Shown: positions 40,391-51,500 of the stretch, piece after piece
Numbering within the stretch: the first letter of the stretch is position 1
Layout of the letters: each line of letters opens with the position of its first letter
From: Bryobacterales bacterium
GTDB taxonomy: Bacteria > Acidobacteriota > Terriglobia > Bryobacterales > UBA6623
DNA: 64,000 bases
NCBI GenBank assembly: GCA_965213745.1
Contig: CBDBZZ010000025.1
Span: forward strand, 87,995 to 151,994
Direction: 5' to 3'
Translations under genes and position numbers: made by a program
The notes under the pieces: generated by a model
Seen by the model: only the letters and a program-made list of their open reading frames with translations
What the model was told of the DNA's origin: nothing
Database searches by the model: none

Positions 40391-41615
40391 TACTGGTTTT
40401 GCCAAAAGTAATTGCAGGTCTGGCCGTTTTCAACCTCTCAGTAGCTCTCCGCATCGACACGCACATAAACTGGTCTATAGATGTTTTTATCTGAGACATT
40501 ACCGCATGGAATCTCCCTGTGATTCCTGCTCTTATCAATTCGTGAAGTTTCTAACATTTCCCGACTTCCTACGCATTCCCCATCGGTCCCGACCTCCCAT
40601 TAGGAAGCTGGTCGTGATCCAAGCCCGCCACGGCCAAGCTCTCCAAGCCTTGGCCCAGGAATTCGGCATCGGCATCCGCACAATCCGCACCTGGCTTTGG
40701 CTCTATGCCTGCTATGGATTCCAGGCTCTCGGACATCAACCCAAGCCGGGACGCCCTCCCTACCTCTCCCACGACCAAACGCAGATAATCCTCGCAACTC
40801 TGCGGGACAAATCCCCCGACCAGCTCCAGTTCGAGTTCGCCTACCGGTCGCTGCAAATTGTCCGGCAATGGATCCTCGACCAGTTCCCAGTCCAACTGTC
40901 CCTGTCGACGGTGCGCAGGGTCCTGCGGCGTCTCGGCCTCACCCTGCAGCGCCCTAAGTTCCGGGCCTCCCGGCAGAACGCCGCCGCGGTGCGGACTGGG
41001 AGCGCAGCAACCTACCCCGCCCTCGCCCAGCGTGCGCAGGAGCAGGGAGCCCTGCTGCTCTGGGCCGACGAGGCCGGCAGGACCTCGCACTCCCCCCGGG
41101 GCACTCCGTGGGACCCCCGGGGCCGGACGCCTGTCCTCCAGCCCACGGGGGAGCGGTTCCCGGCTGCACAGGCTCTCCGCGAGCAGCCCCTCGGGAGCAA
41201 TTTATTCCAGGATCCATGCCGGAACCGCCACCGCAGACACGTTGGAACAGTTCCTGCAGCAGATTCCGGACCAGACGGAGGCTAGACCGATTCACGTGCT
41301 AGTGGACCGCCACAGCATCCACACATCCAAGCATCTAGAAGCCTGGCAGAAGCGGACCGAGGGGCCGGTGGAGATGCATCTATGGCCGGCGTGCTCTCCG
41401 GCATGGAACCCTGCGGAGCCAGTCCGGTCGGGAGTTCCAGCGCCGGGTGGGGAAGCTGCTGGTCCGGACGGTTCGCCAGCTCAGGGAGCGCTGGGAGCAG
41501 GCTCTGCGAGCCCTGGAGGCCGACCCCACCAAGGTGCCAGGGTTCTTCCGCGAGGCCGCCTTGCGCCTAGACTGTTGCTGGTCGCACTCTGCAAGGACTT
41601 ATGGCAAAGTCAGTA
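40391..41615 (+). mobile_element. IS630-family element (subtype B), copy 2, both termini present (1225 bp), transposase with two frameshifts
   Basis: Termini TACTGGTTTTGCCAAAAGTAATTGCAGG (40391) and ...GCAAGGACTTATGGCAAAGTCAGTA (41615). The transposase is spread over ORFs 40350-41285, 40858-41616 and 41447-41641. Confidence 0.8.
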
Positions 41616-41759
41616 ATTCCCTTAGCGTGAACACGCCCTAGGCAGGGCGACGCCTGGGACCACCAATCTTCTCTCGCAGGCGCGCAGTGCGGAGGTGCTG
41701 CGACGGGCGGCACGTGTATCTACGACGCCATCCGCATCGCTGCCGGTCCTCCCGGAGCA

Positions 41760-42080
41760 AGCTTCTGAGAGGACCGAAGGCAGCCCGAAAAACCAACGAG
41801 CCATCGCGACAGCACAGGCCGCAGCCCATGTTCTTGGAGGAGTCCATGCAAAGGTTATGGCCTCTCCAGTATCTTCGCGTAGGCCGCAATCCGCGAAGCC
41901 CGCGAACCGCAGCCGAGTTCCGTGGTATTGGGCGGCCTTGCGGAATTCCATAGTGTGCAGCACGCCCAGTCCGTCAAAGAAGCCCGCGGTGACCGTGGCA
42001 CCGTCCTCGTCGTCCGGATGGGCCACGATGTGCAGCACGCGGAAAGGGCTGGCGAGACACCGCAGCGCCTGCAGCAGGCC
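41760..42080 (-). pseudogene. PIG-L/LmbE-family deacetylase, N-terminal remnant
   Basis: ...FRVLHIVAHPDDEDGATVTAGFFDGLG...FRKAAQYHGTRLRFAGFADCGL matches the AHPDDE zinc-binding signature. The remainder does not align. Confidence 0.4.
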
Positions 42081-42193
42081 TACCGCCCCGTCGTCGTAGG
42101 GCAGCAGTTCCTGTCCAGCCAGCTACTGGCAGACCTAGCGGACCTAGAATCGCAACGCGCCCCGCCGAATCCGGGAAAATTCGATAAATTACT

Positions 42194-42621
42194 TTATTTT
42201 CTTGCGGTTATGGTGATTTCAATGCGCGCTTGGCCGACAAGGCTAGCGACTGCCACCGTCGTCCGAGCGGGCGGATCCCTCGGAAAATACTCCCTGAAGA
42301 TCGCGCTCATCTGGCTGAACAGCGAGATGTCGGTGAGGTAGACCTTGGCATCCACCACGTCGGAGAAGTCGTAGCCGGCGGCCTTAAGGATGAGCCCCGA
42401 TGCGACGAAACGTCTGATGGACCTCTTCTTCGAATGCTTCGGGATACGCGCCGGTCTGCAGTTCAGAACCCGTTTGGCCGGCGCAGTACAGGGTGTCGCC
42501 GACGATCACACCCGGGCTGAACGGCAGGCCGGGCCCGGAACTCCGGCGGATAGACGATCCCCTTCTCGGCACCCCAGGCCGCCGTGGCAGCTAGCAGCAG
42601 AATCGGAATGGCTCGTCGCAT
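42194..42621 (-). pseudogene. RidA/YjgF-family protein with signal peptide, two frameshifts
   Basis: MRRAIPILLLAATAAWGAEKGIVYPPE / GPGLPFSPGVIVGDTLYCAGQTGSEL...EEEVHQTFRRIG / LILKAAGYDFSDVVDAKVYLTDISLFSQMSAIFREYFPRDPPARTTVAVASLVGQARIEITITARK. One shift lies in a GGGG run (about 42390). Confidence 0.7.
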
Positions 42622-43467
42622 GACGCTCACCTCCTCTCTACCAGCAATCGTAGTCCATAGCCGCGACGCACCTAATGATCCGCCGATGCGGATTCCGGTT
42701 CACCCTTGCAGGCGTCGCCGACCATGCGGGGTGAGGCTTCAGCTATGTGGCGGCACTGCCGATTTTCCGCAAACTGAAGGAACCTGCCCCAGCTTTGCGG
42801 CAGGGCAGGAGCGGGCGGCGGGGTCCGTCGGCTCCGCGATCCAAGCACTTCCGGGGCGGTGGCGGTCCCTCAAGGTGCCCGCCGACCGTATCGGAGCGAA
42901 GCATGCAGATGGGTATTGGTCATTGACGCCGACTGCACGAAACCCCGCACTTCGGCCAGCAATCCAGCAATCCGCCAGGGGATATCCATTACCGCCACTG
43001 ACCGGGATCGCCACGGCTGAAACCATGAGACTTCACGATGCATGGAAGCTCCGGATGGTTCTCCTGTTGTTTGGCCCACTTTGGAAGGCTGCTAGACCTG
43101 GAACTGGAGTTCGTTGGAGATACTCCTGCCGATCCGGAAACCGCCGAGGGGCCGGGGAGACGAGCCATCGCCAGATTCTCCCGCACGGCCGCCCGGCTAC
43201 GCCGAGCTCGTCCCAGTCGAATTAGTGTTCGCCGTGGACGGAATGTGGCCGCACTTGTACTCTGCAGCCGGAATGTCGATTGCCCGGGGCAGCTTCTTCG
43301 GCCTATGCGACGGTATGTCATGGAGCAAGCGGGCAAGCGCGGATACGATGTGCTTGATCTGGCGTGGCAAGCGAATAGGTAGACGGTGCCCTCCAGTTTC
43401 GAACTCCTGGACATGGCGGGTGACGAATCCCCCCGGACGACACTTGCGAGCAGGACCGGCCGGCCCA

Positions 43468-43691
43468 GGCGAGGCCACCCCTGGACGATCTTCCCGGGGA
43501 CATCCCTCAGGCGGAAGTCCCCGCCGCTGCGGCGGTAGATCAGCTTCGTGTGGTCCAGGCCCAGCAAGTGCAGGGCCGTGGCGTGTAGGTCGTGCGGAGT
43601 GACGGGGTTTTCGACTGCCCTGTAGCCGGAATTCGTCTGTGGTCCCGTACGTGCAGCCCCCGGCGGATGCCACCGCGGCCAGTAGGATCGA
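43468..43691 (-). pseudogene. DUF1501-family protein, C-terminal remnant
   Basis: ...[20 protein letters not shown] / [50 protein letters not shown] matches the C-terminal block of DUF1501 proteins (GG..gG.vyG.TDe.G...venpv...DlhATil..lGid). Confidence 0.55.
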
Positions 43692-43699
43692 ACACCCCG

Positions 43700-43945
43700 G
43701 CGGGTTGTGGTAAACACACGGAGTGATGTCGGCCTCTGCCGCCCAAGGTAGTAGTTGTGCGACGGGCCGCACGCCAGAGCTTGGTAACCCTTGAGAAGCT
43801 CCAGCGCGTAGCACTCCTCAAGCGAGTACAGGCCCTTCCGTCCAAACCCTCTGCTGTGGAGGATCAGCGTCGTCGGCAAGCGGGCTGTCCGGCCGATTCC
43901 GTCGTAGTACGGATGAATCGTCGCGAACTGCTTCGGACACCCTCA
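43700..43945 (-). pseudogene. Fic-domain remnant
   Basis: [61 protein letters not shown]. Fic core motif with N->I ([12 protein letters not shown]). It is fused without a gap to the DUF1501 remnant. Confidence 0.55.
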
Positions 43946-43954
43946 GCAGTACAA

Positions 43955-44331
43955 GTTCGCATACGCACTGGGGACTGCCCAGACTGTGCGGATGGCTTGT
44001 TGGCAGAAATTCCACGTGTGCCTCAGCGTGTGGACCGTACGCCGGATTTTGCGGCTGCTGGGACTAACTCCGCAGCGGCCGAAGCCGGCGCACCGGGCGG
44101 CACTGTCCGGAGCAAGTGCAGCGTTGGAAGAAGAGGATTTCCTCGGCTGTCGAGACGGGCCCAGGAGTTAGGGGCCACTCTTCTGTTTGTAGACCAGTCG
44201 GGCATCGACTCCCAAAGCGTGCAGGGTCAGATGTGGGGCGTGAGGGGGCGCACACCCGCGGTGCGTGTGGCACAGGCGCGGTTTCGGTGGAACCTGCTGG
44301 CCGTGATCAGTCCGGACGGTCAGCTGTATGC
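43955..44331 (+). pseudogene. IS630-family transposase internal fragment
   Basis: YKFAYALGTAQTVRMACWQKFHVCLSVWTVRRILRLLGLTPQRP... / ...AQELGATLLFVDQSGIDSQSVQGQMWGVRGRTPAVRVAQARFRWNLLAVISPDGQLYA, in two frames. It ends where the solo terminal repeat begins. Confidence 0.6.
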
Positions 44332-44365
44332 TACTAATTTTCTCAAAAGTAATTGCAAGCAACCC
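44332..44365 (+). repeat. solo IS630-type terminal repeat
   Basis: TACTAATTTTCTCAAAAGTAATTGCAAGCAACCC is the inverse of the MITE right end GGTTTGCTTGCAATTACTTTTGGCAAAATTAGTA. Confidence 0.7.
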
Positions 44366-44505
44366 ACCCCTCGGCGGCCAGCAGCGCAAGGCGCACTCGG
44401 AACACCTCGCCGGAGGCGGGAGCGGACTCGCACGCACCGTACGTCGCAGAGCGGCGAGCTCCGCGGCCCGGACCTCCATGGAAGGGGCGCGGCGCATGCC
44501 ATAAT

Positions 44506-44599
44506 TACTGATGTTTTCATAAGTAATTGCACGAAAAGGCTCCGCAAGCCATTGATTCTATTGGTGGTTTGCTTGCAATTACTTTTGGCAAAATTAGTA
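44506..44599 (+). mobile_element. 94-bp IS630-derived MITE, copy A
   Basis: TACTGATGTTTTCATAAGTAATTGCACGAAAAGG...GGTTTGCTTGCAATTACTTTTGGCAAAATTAGTA. The imperfect terminal inverted repeats share the TACTnAT..TTT.C.A.AAGTAATTGCA core. TA is present at both ends. Near-identical to 52646-52739. Confidence 0.8.
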
Positions 44600-44621
44600 T
44601 ATTTAATTGCATGATATTACA

Positions 44622-47418
44622 CTAGCGGGCGGTTACCCAAATCGGGCTCGACCAAGCCATCTGTCCGTCTGCCTGCTGCACGCGGACATAGTAGTGCCGC
44701 TCTCCGGCTTGGGGCTCCTTGTCCACGAAGCGGAACTCCACCCCGGCCCCTGGTCTTGGGAGCGTGTACACGAAGTCCTGGCCGCGAATAACGTCCACCT
44801 GCCGTACGGGAGCCGTGCCCAGGATCTTCACGCGCAGCTCGAAATCCTCGGCGACTCCCGGCACGATATCGCCTTGGAGGTACTCCCGCCGGCGGAGCGC
44901 ATCCGGTAGTCGAGGACGATGTTGTCGGTCGCCGCGTAGTTGTGGCGCTTGCGCATGGCGTCGAGGAGTCCCTCCCTCGTGAACTCCTCCGCGATGGTGC
45001 AGGAGAACGAAATGTGCGTCGAGAGGTGGTCCGAAGCTGGCCTGGACCCCGAGCTTGTAGCCTTTGGCCCATGCGTTCCACACATAGCCCTTCGGGCGAA
45101 AGCCGCCCGCTTGGTTGGTGACGTCGATTTCCGTCGCCGCCCGCGGGGCACCCTCGTATTCCGCCGACACGCGATCCCCCTGGTAGATCTCGACCAATGG
45201 CTCGACCTCCGGGTCGTTGTCGCGCCAATCGGTGCCCATGCCGGTGGCGGGCGTGTGGGGGATCGAGATGCCTCGGTAGCGCCTGAGATAGTCGAAGAGG
45301 CCGACGGCGGCGCTGGACGACTCCCTCTCGTTCGGCTGGTCCGGAAACGTCGGGATTGCCGCGGCGGGGCAAAAAATATGTTGCGGTGCCCGTTGTGGGT
45401 AGCCGACGCCCCGCTCGTAATCCGTATAAGGGCACGAATCGGCCCGGCACGTGGAAGACATCCACGCGCTGTTGCAGCAGCCAATTGATGTACTCGAGAT
45501 TCGGCCCGCCGGCGTTGTGGTGCTCGCTCATCCCGAGATAGTCCAGCTCCGCCACATCAAGGGCGTACCTGTAGGTGTCGTTCTGCGCCCCGTCGTTGTT
45601 GCCGTCCCCGGAGTATTCGGTGTGCCGATGCGTGTCTCCGCGGTAGACCCGATAGGTCCGGCCCTCCGACTTGATGACGTAGTTGCGCACCCGGGCCACA
45701 TCCTCGCGCTCGTTCGGGTGCTTCGGGAAGATCCGCAGCTCGTCGTGCGGCCGGTCCTGCAGGCGCGCTTCGTAGACAGGCCCGTCCAGGGCGGGCAGTC
45801 GGGCTGCGAACACCTCGCCCTGTTCGTAGAGGTAGTCGTCATAGATTCTGTTGTCCGTGGCCCAAGCGGTGTAGAGAGCGCCGTCCGGAGCGGCCGAGAA
45901 ACCGAAACCAGCGTCCGAGCGCCCCGCCGTGGCCGGCAGCGGCAAAGGCAGACTCCACCGCCTGCCGTCAAAGGCCGTGGCATACGTTTCCCATGCCGCC
46001 CGGTGCGACGCCGCCGTGTGCGGGACCTCGCGCTGCCGCAGATGACGATGCCGAAACAGAGCCCAGACGCGTCCGTCACGGTCCGTCCGTAGCCGCGGGA
46101 AGTCGTTGAATCCCCGCAAGTCCTCCGGCAAGGACTGCTCGAAGCCGCGCTGCGGCTGCTTCCAGCCGCCTTCGTCGTAGACCGCCACGCCGATCCGGCG
46201 GGTCTGGTACAGCTGGGTGGCAGGACGGTTCAGCAAGAACCCGGTGTCCTTGCCCCACTGCGTGCCACTCTCGTTCCAGGCCGCCCAGAGGCGGCCCTCC
46301 GCGTCGCAGACCAAGCTGGGATAGGCTTCGTAGCGCGCCGTGGCGGCCACCGCCTCGACCGCAGACCAAGCTCCAGCGGCGAACTTCCGCATGCGGATGT
46401 CGTAGTCGTTGTTCTCGTAGGTTTCCCAGGCAACATACACCGCGCCCCGTGCGTCCGCGGCGATCGCCGGGTGCCAGTTGTCCGCCGGCGACTGCGAGAC
46501 CCGTTCCTCCTCCGACCAAGCTCCGCCCTCCCAGCGACGGGCCAGGATGGCGGAGCGCTTCTCGCGAAAGCCCTGCCAAGCTAGCCACACGCGACCCAGC
46601 GCGTCTGTTGCCAAGGCTTGGTGGATGTCGGGCTGCAGCGCGGTCGTGAGTCGCTCGGCAGGGGACCACGTTTCCCCGTCGAACATCCGCGCAAAGAGGT
46701 CGAAGTTCCCTTCCCGCTGGTCCGCCCAGACGGCCACGACACCTCCGTAACCGTCCCGGGCCAAGCGGACGTAGTACGCATCGGAAGGCCCGGCCGTGAG
46801 TTCCTGAATCTCTCCGAAGGCCTGCCCGTCGAAGCGCCGGACGAACACGTGGTTGGCCCAATCGCGGTAGCCGATCCAGGCCACCCAGTAGCTGCCGCCC
46901 GGCTCGGCCGCGATATCCGCGAATCCGTTGTGGAAGCCGGGGCTCGAGGCGGAGCGGAGATTGGCCGAGCGCTCCACTACGGCCGCGCCCCCCAGGTAAA
47001 ACCGCCGCAAACCAGCGGGCTGTTCCGACAGGCGAAAGGACAAATGCCCGCTGACGGTCTCAAGGTCGACGCGGGCATCGCCCTGAGCCTCGACCGAAAG
47101 GATCAGGCCCGGAGTATAGAGGTAGTCCGGCACCGGCGCCGACGGCTCGGGCTCCCAGTTGCGATAGGCGAACTTGCGGCCCGGCGTGGTCGCAAGCTTC
47201 CACGAGGACTCGCCGATCTCGTCCGCCCGGCGCGGACGCCAGCTGCGCAGGGCGGTCAACCGCCCGCCCGCCACTCGCGCCGAGCCGTCCCAGGCGGTCG
47301 GCTCGGCATCCGTCAGGCCGAACCGGACCCGAAACGTGTGCTCCGCGGCATCGCAGGGCCACGGGCAGACGGCGATGACGGCAGCCCAGAAAGCGAAGCG
47401 GTGCGAGACGAAGCGCAT
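44622..47418 (-). pseudogene. secreted beta-propeller + PHP/CehA-like metal-dependent hydrolase, at least 4 frameshifts in the C-terminal third
   Basis: Start ATG 47418 (MRFVSHRFAFWAAVIAVCPW). Repeated blades: YWVAWIGYRDWANHVFVRRFDGQAFGE, VVAVWADQREGNFDLFARMFDGETWSP, RVWLAWQGFREKRSAILARRWEGGAWSE, AVYVAWETYENNDYDIRMRKFAAGAWSA. Then YRGDTHRHTEYSGDG (metal-binding HxH). After ...FHVPGRFVPLYG the sequence alternates between the three minus frames (ORFs 44617-, 44622-45461, 44828-45484). Confidence 0.65.
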
Positions 47419-47543
47419 GACCCTCCCAGGATAGAACGACCTCGGCCATCTCCCGGGGGATTGACCCGGTTGAGGCCGGCCAACCGTAGCGATGTCTCTG
47501 CCCGGGACCCTCACCGCTGTTTCGGTGGGATATCGCACCACAC

Positions 47544-48520
47544 TTGGTCGAGTTGTTTGGGCAATACCAGTTCGTCACCATCACCGGCCTGCGGCAGTCC
47601 GGCCAAATCACCCTCTGTCGGGCAGCGTTCCCCGCCCTGCGGTACGTGAAGTTTGAAGCGCTCGACCAACGCGACTTCGCATCGACCGCTCCGAGGCGGC
47701 TCCTTGTCGGACTCGGCACCGGTGTCATTCTCGACGCGACCCAGCGCGCTCCGGAGTTGCTCTTTTACCTCCAAGCGCTAGCCGACGAAATCGGGGGCAA
47801 TAGCCTCTTCGTGCCGACGGGAAGCGAGCAGTTCGGCTTGGCGCACCAGATTGGCCAATCGCTCGCCGGACGAACCGCGCTGCTCTGCCTGCTGCCGTTC
47901 CCACTCTCCGAATCGCAGGGCATGGGAGCCCCCGCCAATGTGGCCGATATCCTCTACTCCGGCTTCTATCCGAGGATCCATGACCGGGGCCTGGTCCCAA
48001 CGCACGTACTCGGCGACTACGTCGAGACGCATGTCGAGCGCGACGCCCGCCAACTAGGTGAGATCCGCACCATCACGAGCTTTCGGCGGTTCGTGCGCTT
48101 GTGCGCCGGGTGGGCAGGGCAGCTTGCGAACCCCTCCGCGCTGGGGGCAGATGCCGGGGTGTCCCACACAACCGCTCGGCCCTGGCTGACGATCCTGAGG
48201 TCAGCCACATCGCATTCCTCCTGCCTCCGTTCCACGCCCACACCGCGGCCGACATCCCAATCTGTCCCGCTACCGAGATGCTCGGGGCTCGAATGCGACC
48301 CACTGCTGCCTACGCCTCGAGGACTCGCCGCCGTGGATGCGAAGGCAGTAGCCAACTTCGCCGCGGACTACTTTCCGGCGCTAGGCAAAGTCGCCGACCT
48401 ATTGCTCGAGATCGCTGAGCGCGCCGTGGTCTACGGCGGCACCGAACGACAGCCCCGCCAGCAAGGCGAGTTGGTCCCCCTGCAGAACTACGGCCAGCTT
48501 CTGGACGAGTATCGGCACGC
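47544..48520 (+). pseudogene. AAA_14/DUF4143-type ATPase, degenerate Walker A and frameshifted
   Basis: ...VTITGLRQSGQITL (in place of GpRQsGKTTL), ...VILDATQRAPELL...FVPTGSEQFGLAHQIGQSLAGRTALLCLLPFPLSE...GFYPRIHD...VETHVERDARQLGEIRTITSFRRFVRLCAGWAGQLANPSALGADAGVSHTTARPWLTIL. The frame is then lost (EVSHIAFLLPPFH is in another frame). The 3' limit is approximate. Confidence 0.6.
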
Positions 48521-48582
48521 GGGGGCGAAAGCCCTCCGGGAGCTAGGAACGGCCCCGCGCGCAGTGACGATTGCTGCCGGAC

Positions 48583-51500
48583 CTAGAACCCGATGCGCAG
48601 GCCCAGCCGGAAGACCCGATGGTCGTTGCCGTCGCGCCCTGTGTTGGCCATGCCGCCGACGACGCCGAACTCGCTGCTGGCGACGTTCGAATTCGGATTC
48701 GCGAAGTGGGGCGTGTTGGAGAGGTTCAAGGCCTCCGCCCGGAACTGGACATTGATCCGCTCGGTGGGCTGGAACTTGCGGAAGACGCCCATGTCCACAT
48801 TGATGAGCCCCGGACCGCGCAGCACGTTCGATCCGCAGGTGCCGAACCGCGGCGTTCCGCCCTGGTCGTCAGGGTCGGCGAGCGTGAAAGGGTCCCACCA
48901 GCCGTCGGGCGAGCCGAGCTTCCGGGGCGCCGCCAAGCAGTCCGCCACTTGGCCCGAGGCGGCACTGTTCACCGAACCCGTCGGCGCTGTCGGCGTAGAG
49001 GGCCGCCCGGTGTACATGGACGCCAAGGCATTGACCTGCCACCCGCCCAGAACCGCCGCCGCCACGCCGCTCTGGGCGAAGCTCTTGCCTTTGCCGAAGG
49101 GCAGCTCGTAGGCGTTCGAGACCACGAAATTGTGCCGGATGTCCTGGTTCAGCGGGCCGTAATTCCGGCCGTAGTGCTGCGGGTGCCGGATCCGGGGCTG
49201 CGCCGTGGCGCTCTCGGAGGCAAAGCCGCGGCCGTGCGCCCACGTGTAGGAGAGGTTGAACTGGTGCCCCACGCGGCTGCGCCGGGTCAGCCTGAGCTGC
49301 AGAGAATCGTACTTCGGCGTCCCGAGCATGCCCCAGAACAGCGTCGAGGCCGTCCGGCCGTAGAGTTGCCTGAGCCGGCGGCCGGCGTTGCCCTCGCCGA
49401 TCTCGCCCCAGTTCGCCTCAAGCCGCGAGCTCTGGCGCGTGGACCGGGTGGCGACATAGCCCGCCGTGCCGATCCACGAGCCCCACTGCTTCTCCAGCGT
49501 GAAGTTCCACGACTGGATGTAGCCGCGCTTGTAGTTCTCGTCCGCGGTCGCGACATTGGCGGTCAGGGGCATTTCGATCCGCTCGGTTTCCGGGATCGGA
49601 GGGATGGCCGGGAAGCCCTGCTCGAGCGTCGTCGCGTAGGACCGCGAGTTCGGGGCCGGAAGGCGCTGGGAGAACTGCGTCGGCAGGTTGCCCCGCAAGT
49701 CGCGGCCCAGATTGAACGGATCGTAGGTGAGGCCGTAGCCGGTGCGCAGGACCATGGTGTCCGTCACGCGCCAAGCGACGCCGACGCGGGGCGCGAACTG
49801 CCGCTTGCTCTGCGGCAGGCCGCAGTTCCGCGGCACCGAACCGATCCCGCAGACCAGCATGATGTTCTCGTCGATGTCGAAGCGCTCCAAGCCGCGGTTG
49901 GGCCGCACCGGGAACGGGTAGTACTCCCACCGCGTGCCGTAGGAGAGGGTCAGGTTGGGGCGCACCTGCCAGCGATCCCGGATGTAGAGGGAGTACTGGC
50001 GCGAGCGCGTCTGCAGGTTCTTCCCGTTGAGAAAGTTCCGGGCGGCTTCCCGCGGCAGGCCCAGCATGAACGAGGCGATCGCGTTGTACTCGTTAGTCCT
50101 AGTGTCCGCTCTGCTCGTGGTGTTGTTGCGGAACCGGAAGCCGCCCGCCGGGGCGTCGCCGCCCGGGAAGTTCGCCACCTCCTGGTTGATGTGCGTCAAG
50201 AACGTGTCGGTGCCGAAGCGGATCTCGTGGCTGCCCTTGGTCCAGTTGCCGTTGGCCACGATCTGGTGCAGGTAGTCGTGCCCGATGAAGGGCGAGGTGG
50301 CTTGGTAGCCGAGGTTGCCGAAGCCGCCGTCGAAGCGCATCCGCGGCATCCCGCCGTAGAACGAACCCGCGGACCCGGGCACGCCGTCGCCGTTCGTGCC
50401 CGGGATGCCGAGCACGTCCAGCCCGATCCGCTGGTCCAAGTTGCCGGCGAAGGCGTTGCTGTCCACCAAGGTCGAGCCGAAGTACGCGTCGAACACAAGG
50501 TTCGCCGAGGCGACGTAGGTCGTCGAGATCGTGCCGCTGTAGGTCGGGCCGAAGCCGTTGTCGGTGCGGAAGTTCGTGGGATGCACTGAAATGCCGGACA
50601 GGTTGCCGAACGCCCCCGGGTTGACCTGGTCGTAGTAGAAGAAGCTCAGCCGGGCGAACATCGTCCAGCGGTCGGTGATATTGAAGTTCGCCTTGCTGTC
50701 GATCTGGTGGCGGTCGAAGGCGTAGGTGATGCCGGCCAGCTTGTTGCGGTTCAAGCCTAGGGCCCCGACACCGGGCCGGTCGGGCAGGCTCCAGTCAGGA
50801 TCGTCCGCGAGGATGCGGCTGACCCGCGAGACACGCGGTTCCGGGATCAGGTTGTTCGGGAACGCGGTGCGGTTGGCCTCGTCGCCGACGGCTGCGGAGA
50901 GCGGGTCGAAGATCGGCAGCGGGGAGCCGGAGAAATCCCCGCCCCGCATCGCCCGCGTCGGCACTTTGATGAAGCGCGTCGCGTTGGAACGCTCGGCGGT
51001 GCGCTCGTAGCTCACGAAGTAGAACGCCCTGTTCTTCTTGATGGGGCCGCCGACCGTGCCGCCGATTTGGTTGTAGATGAACTTGGGCTTGGCGTTGTCG
51101 CGGTCGCTGAAGTACGGATAGGCCTGGAGATGCTGGCTGTTATGGTACCAGAACGCCGACCCGTGGACCTCGTTGGTGCCGCTCTTGATCTGGAGGTTGA
51201 TCGCGGCCCCGCCGGCCAAGCCCTGCTCGGCGTCGAACGAACTGCTCACCACGTTGACGACCTCGATCGACTCGAGGGCGGGGTTGATGCCCGTCATGTG
51301 CGTGAGGTTCGGGTTGTAGCTTGACGCGCCGTCGATGCGCACGTTGTTGGTCTGCTCGTTGGTGCCGTTGACCGAGAAGCGCACGGCCCGGGTCGGATTG
51401 GCCGGCACGGAATGCGCGTTGCGCGGGGGCGAGAAGCCCGGGAGCGTTTGGAGCAGCATCTGGTAGTTGCGCCCGAGCGGCACGGGCACATTCTGCAGTT

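Noticed and set aside
42650-43467. Frames such as 43038-43382 + (…[25 protein letters not shown]) and 43197-43814 - (…[27 protein letters not shown]…) as genes.
   Set aside because: They are protein-like in places, but I cannot assign any family. The frames overlap each other, and the interval is embedded in a run of gene fragments. It is treated as unassigned remnant sequence pending BLASTX.
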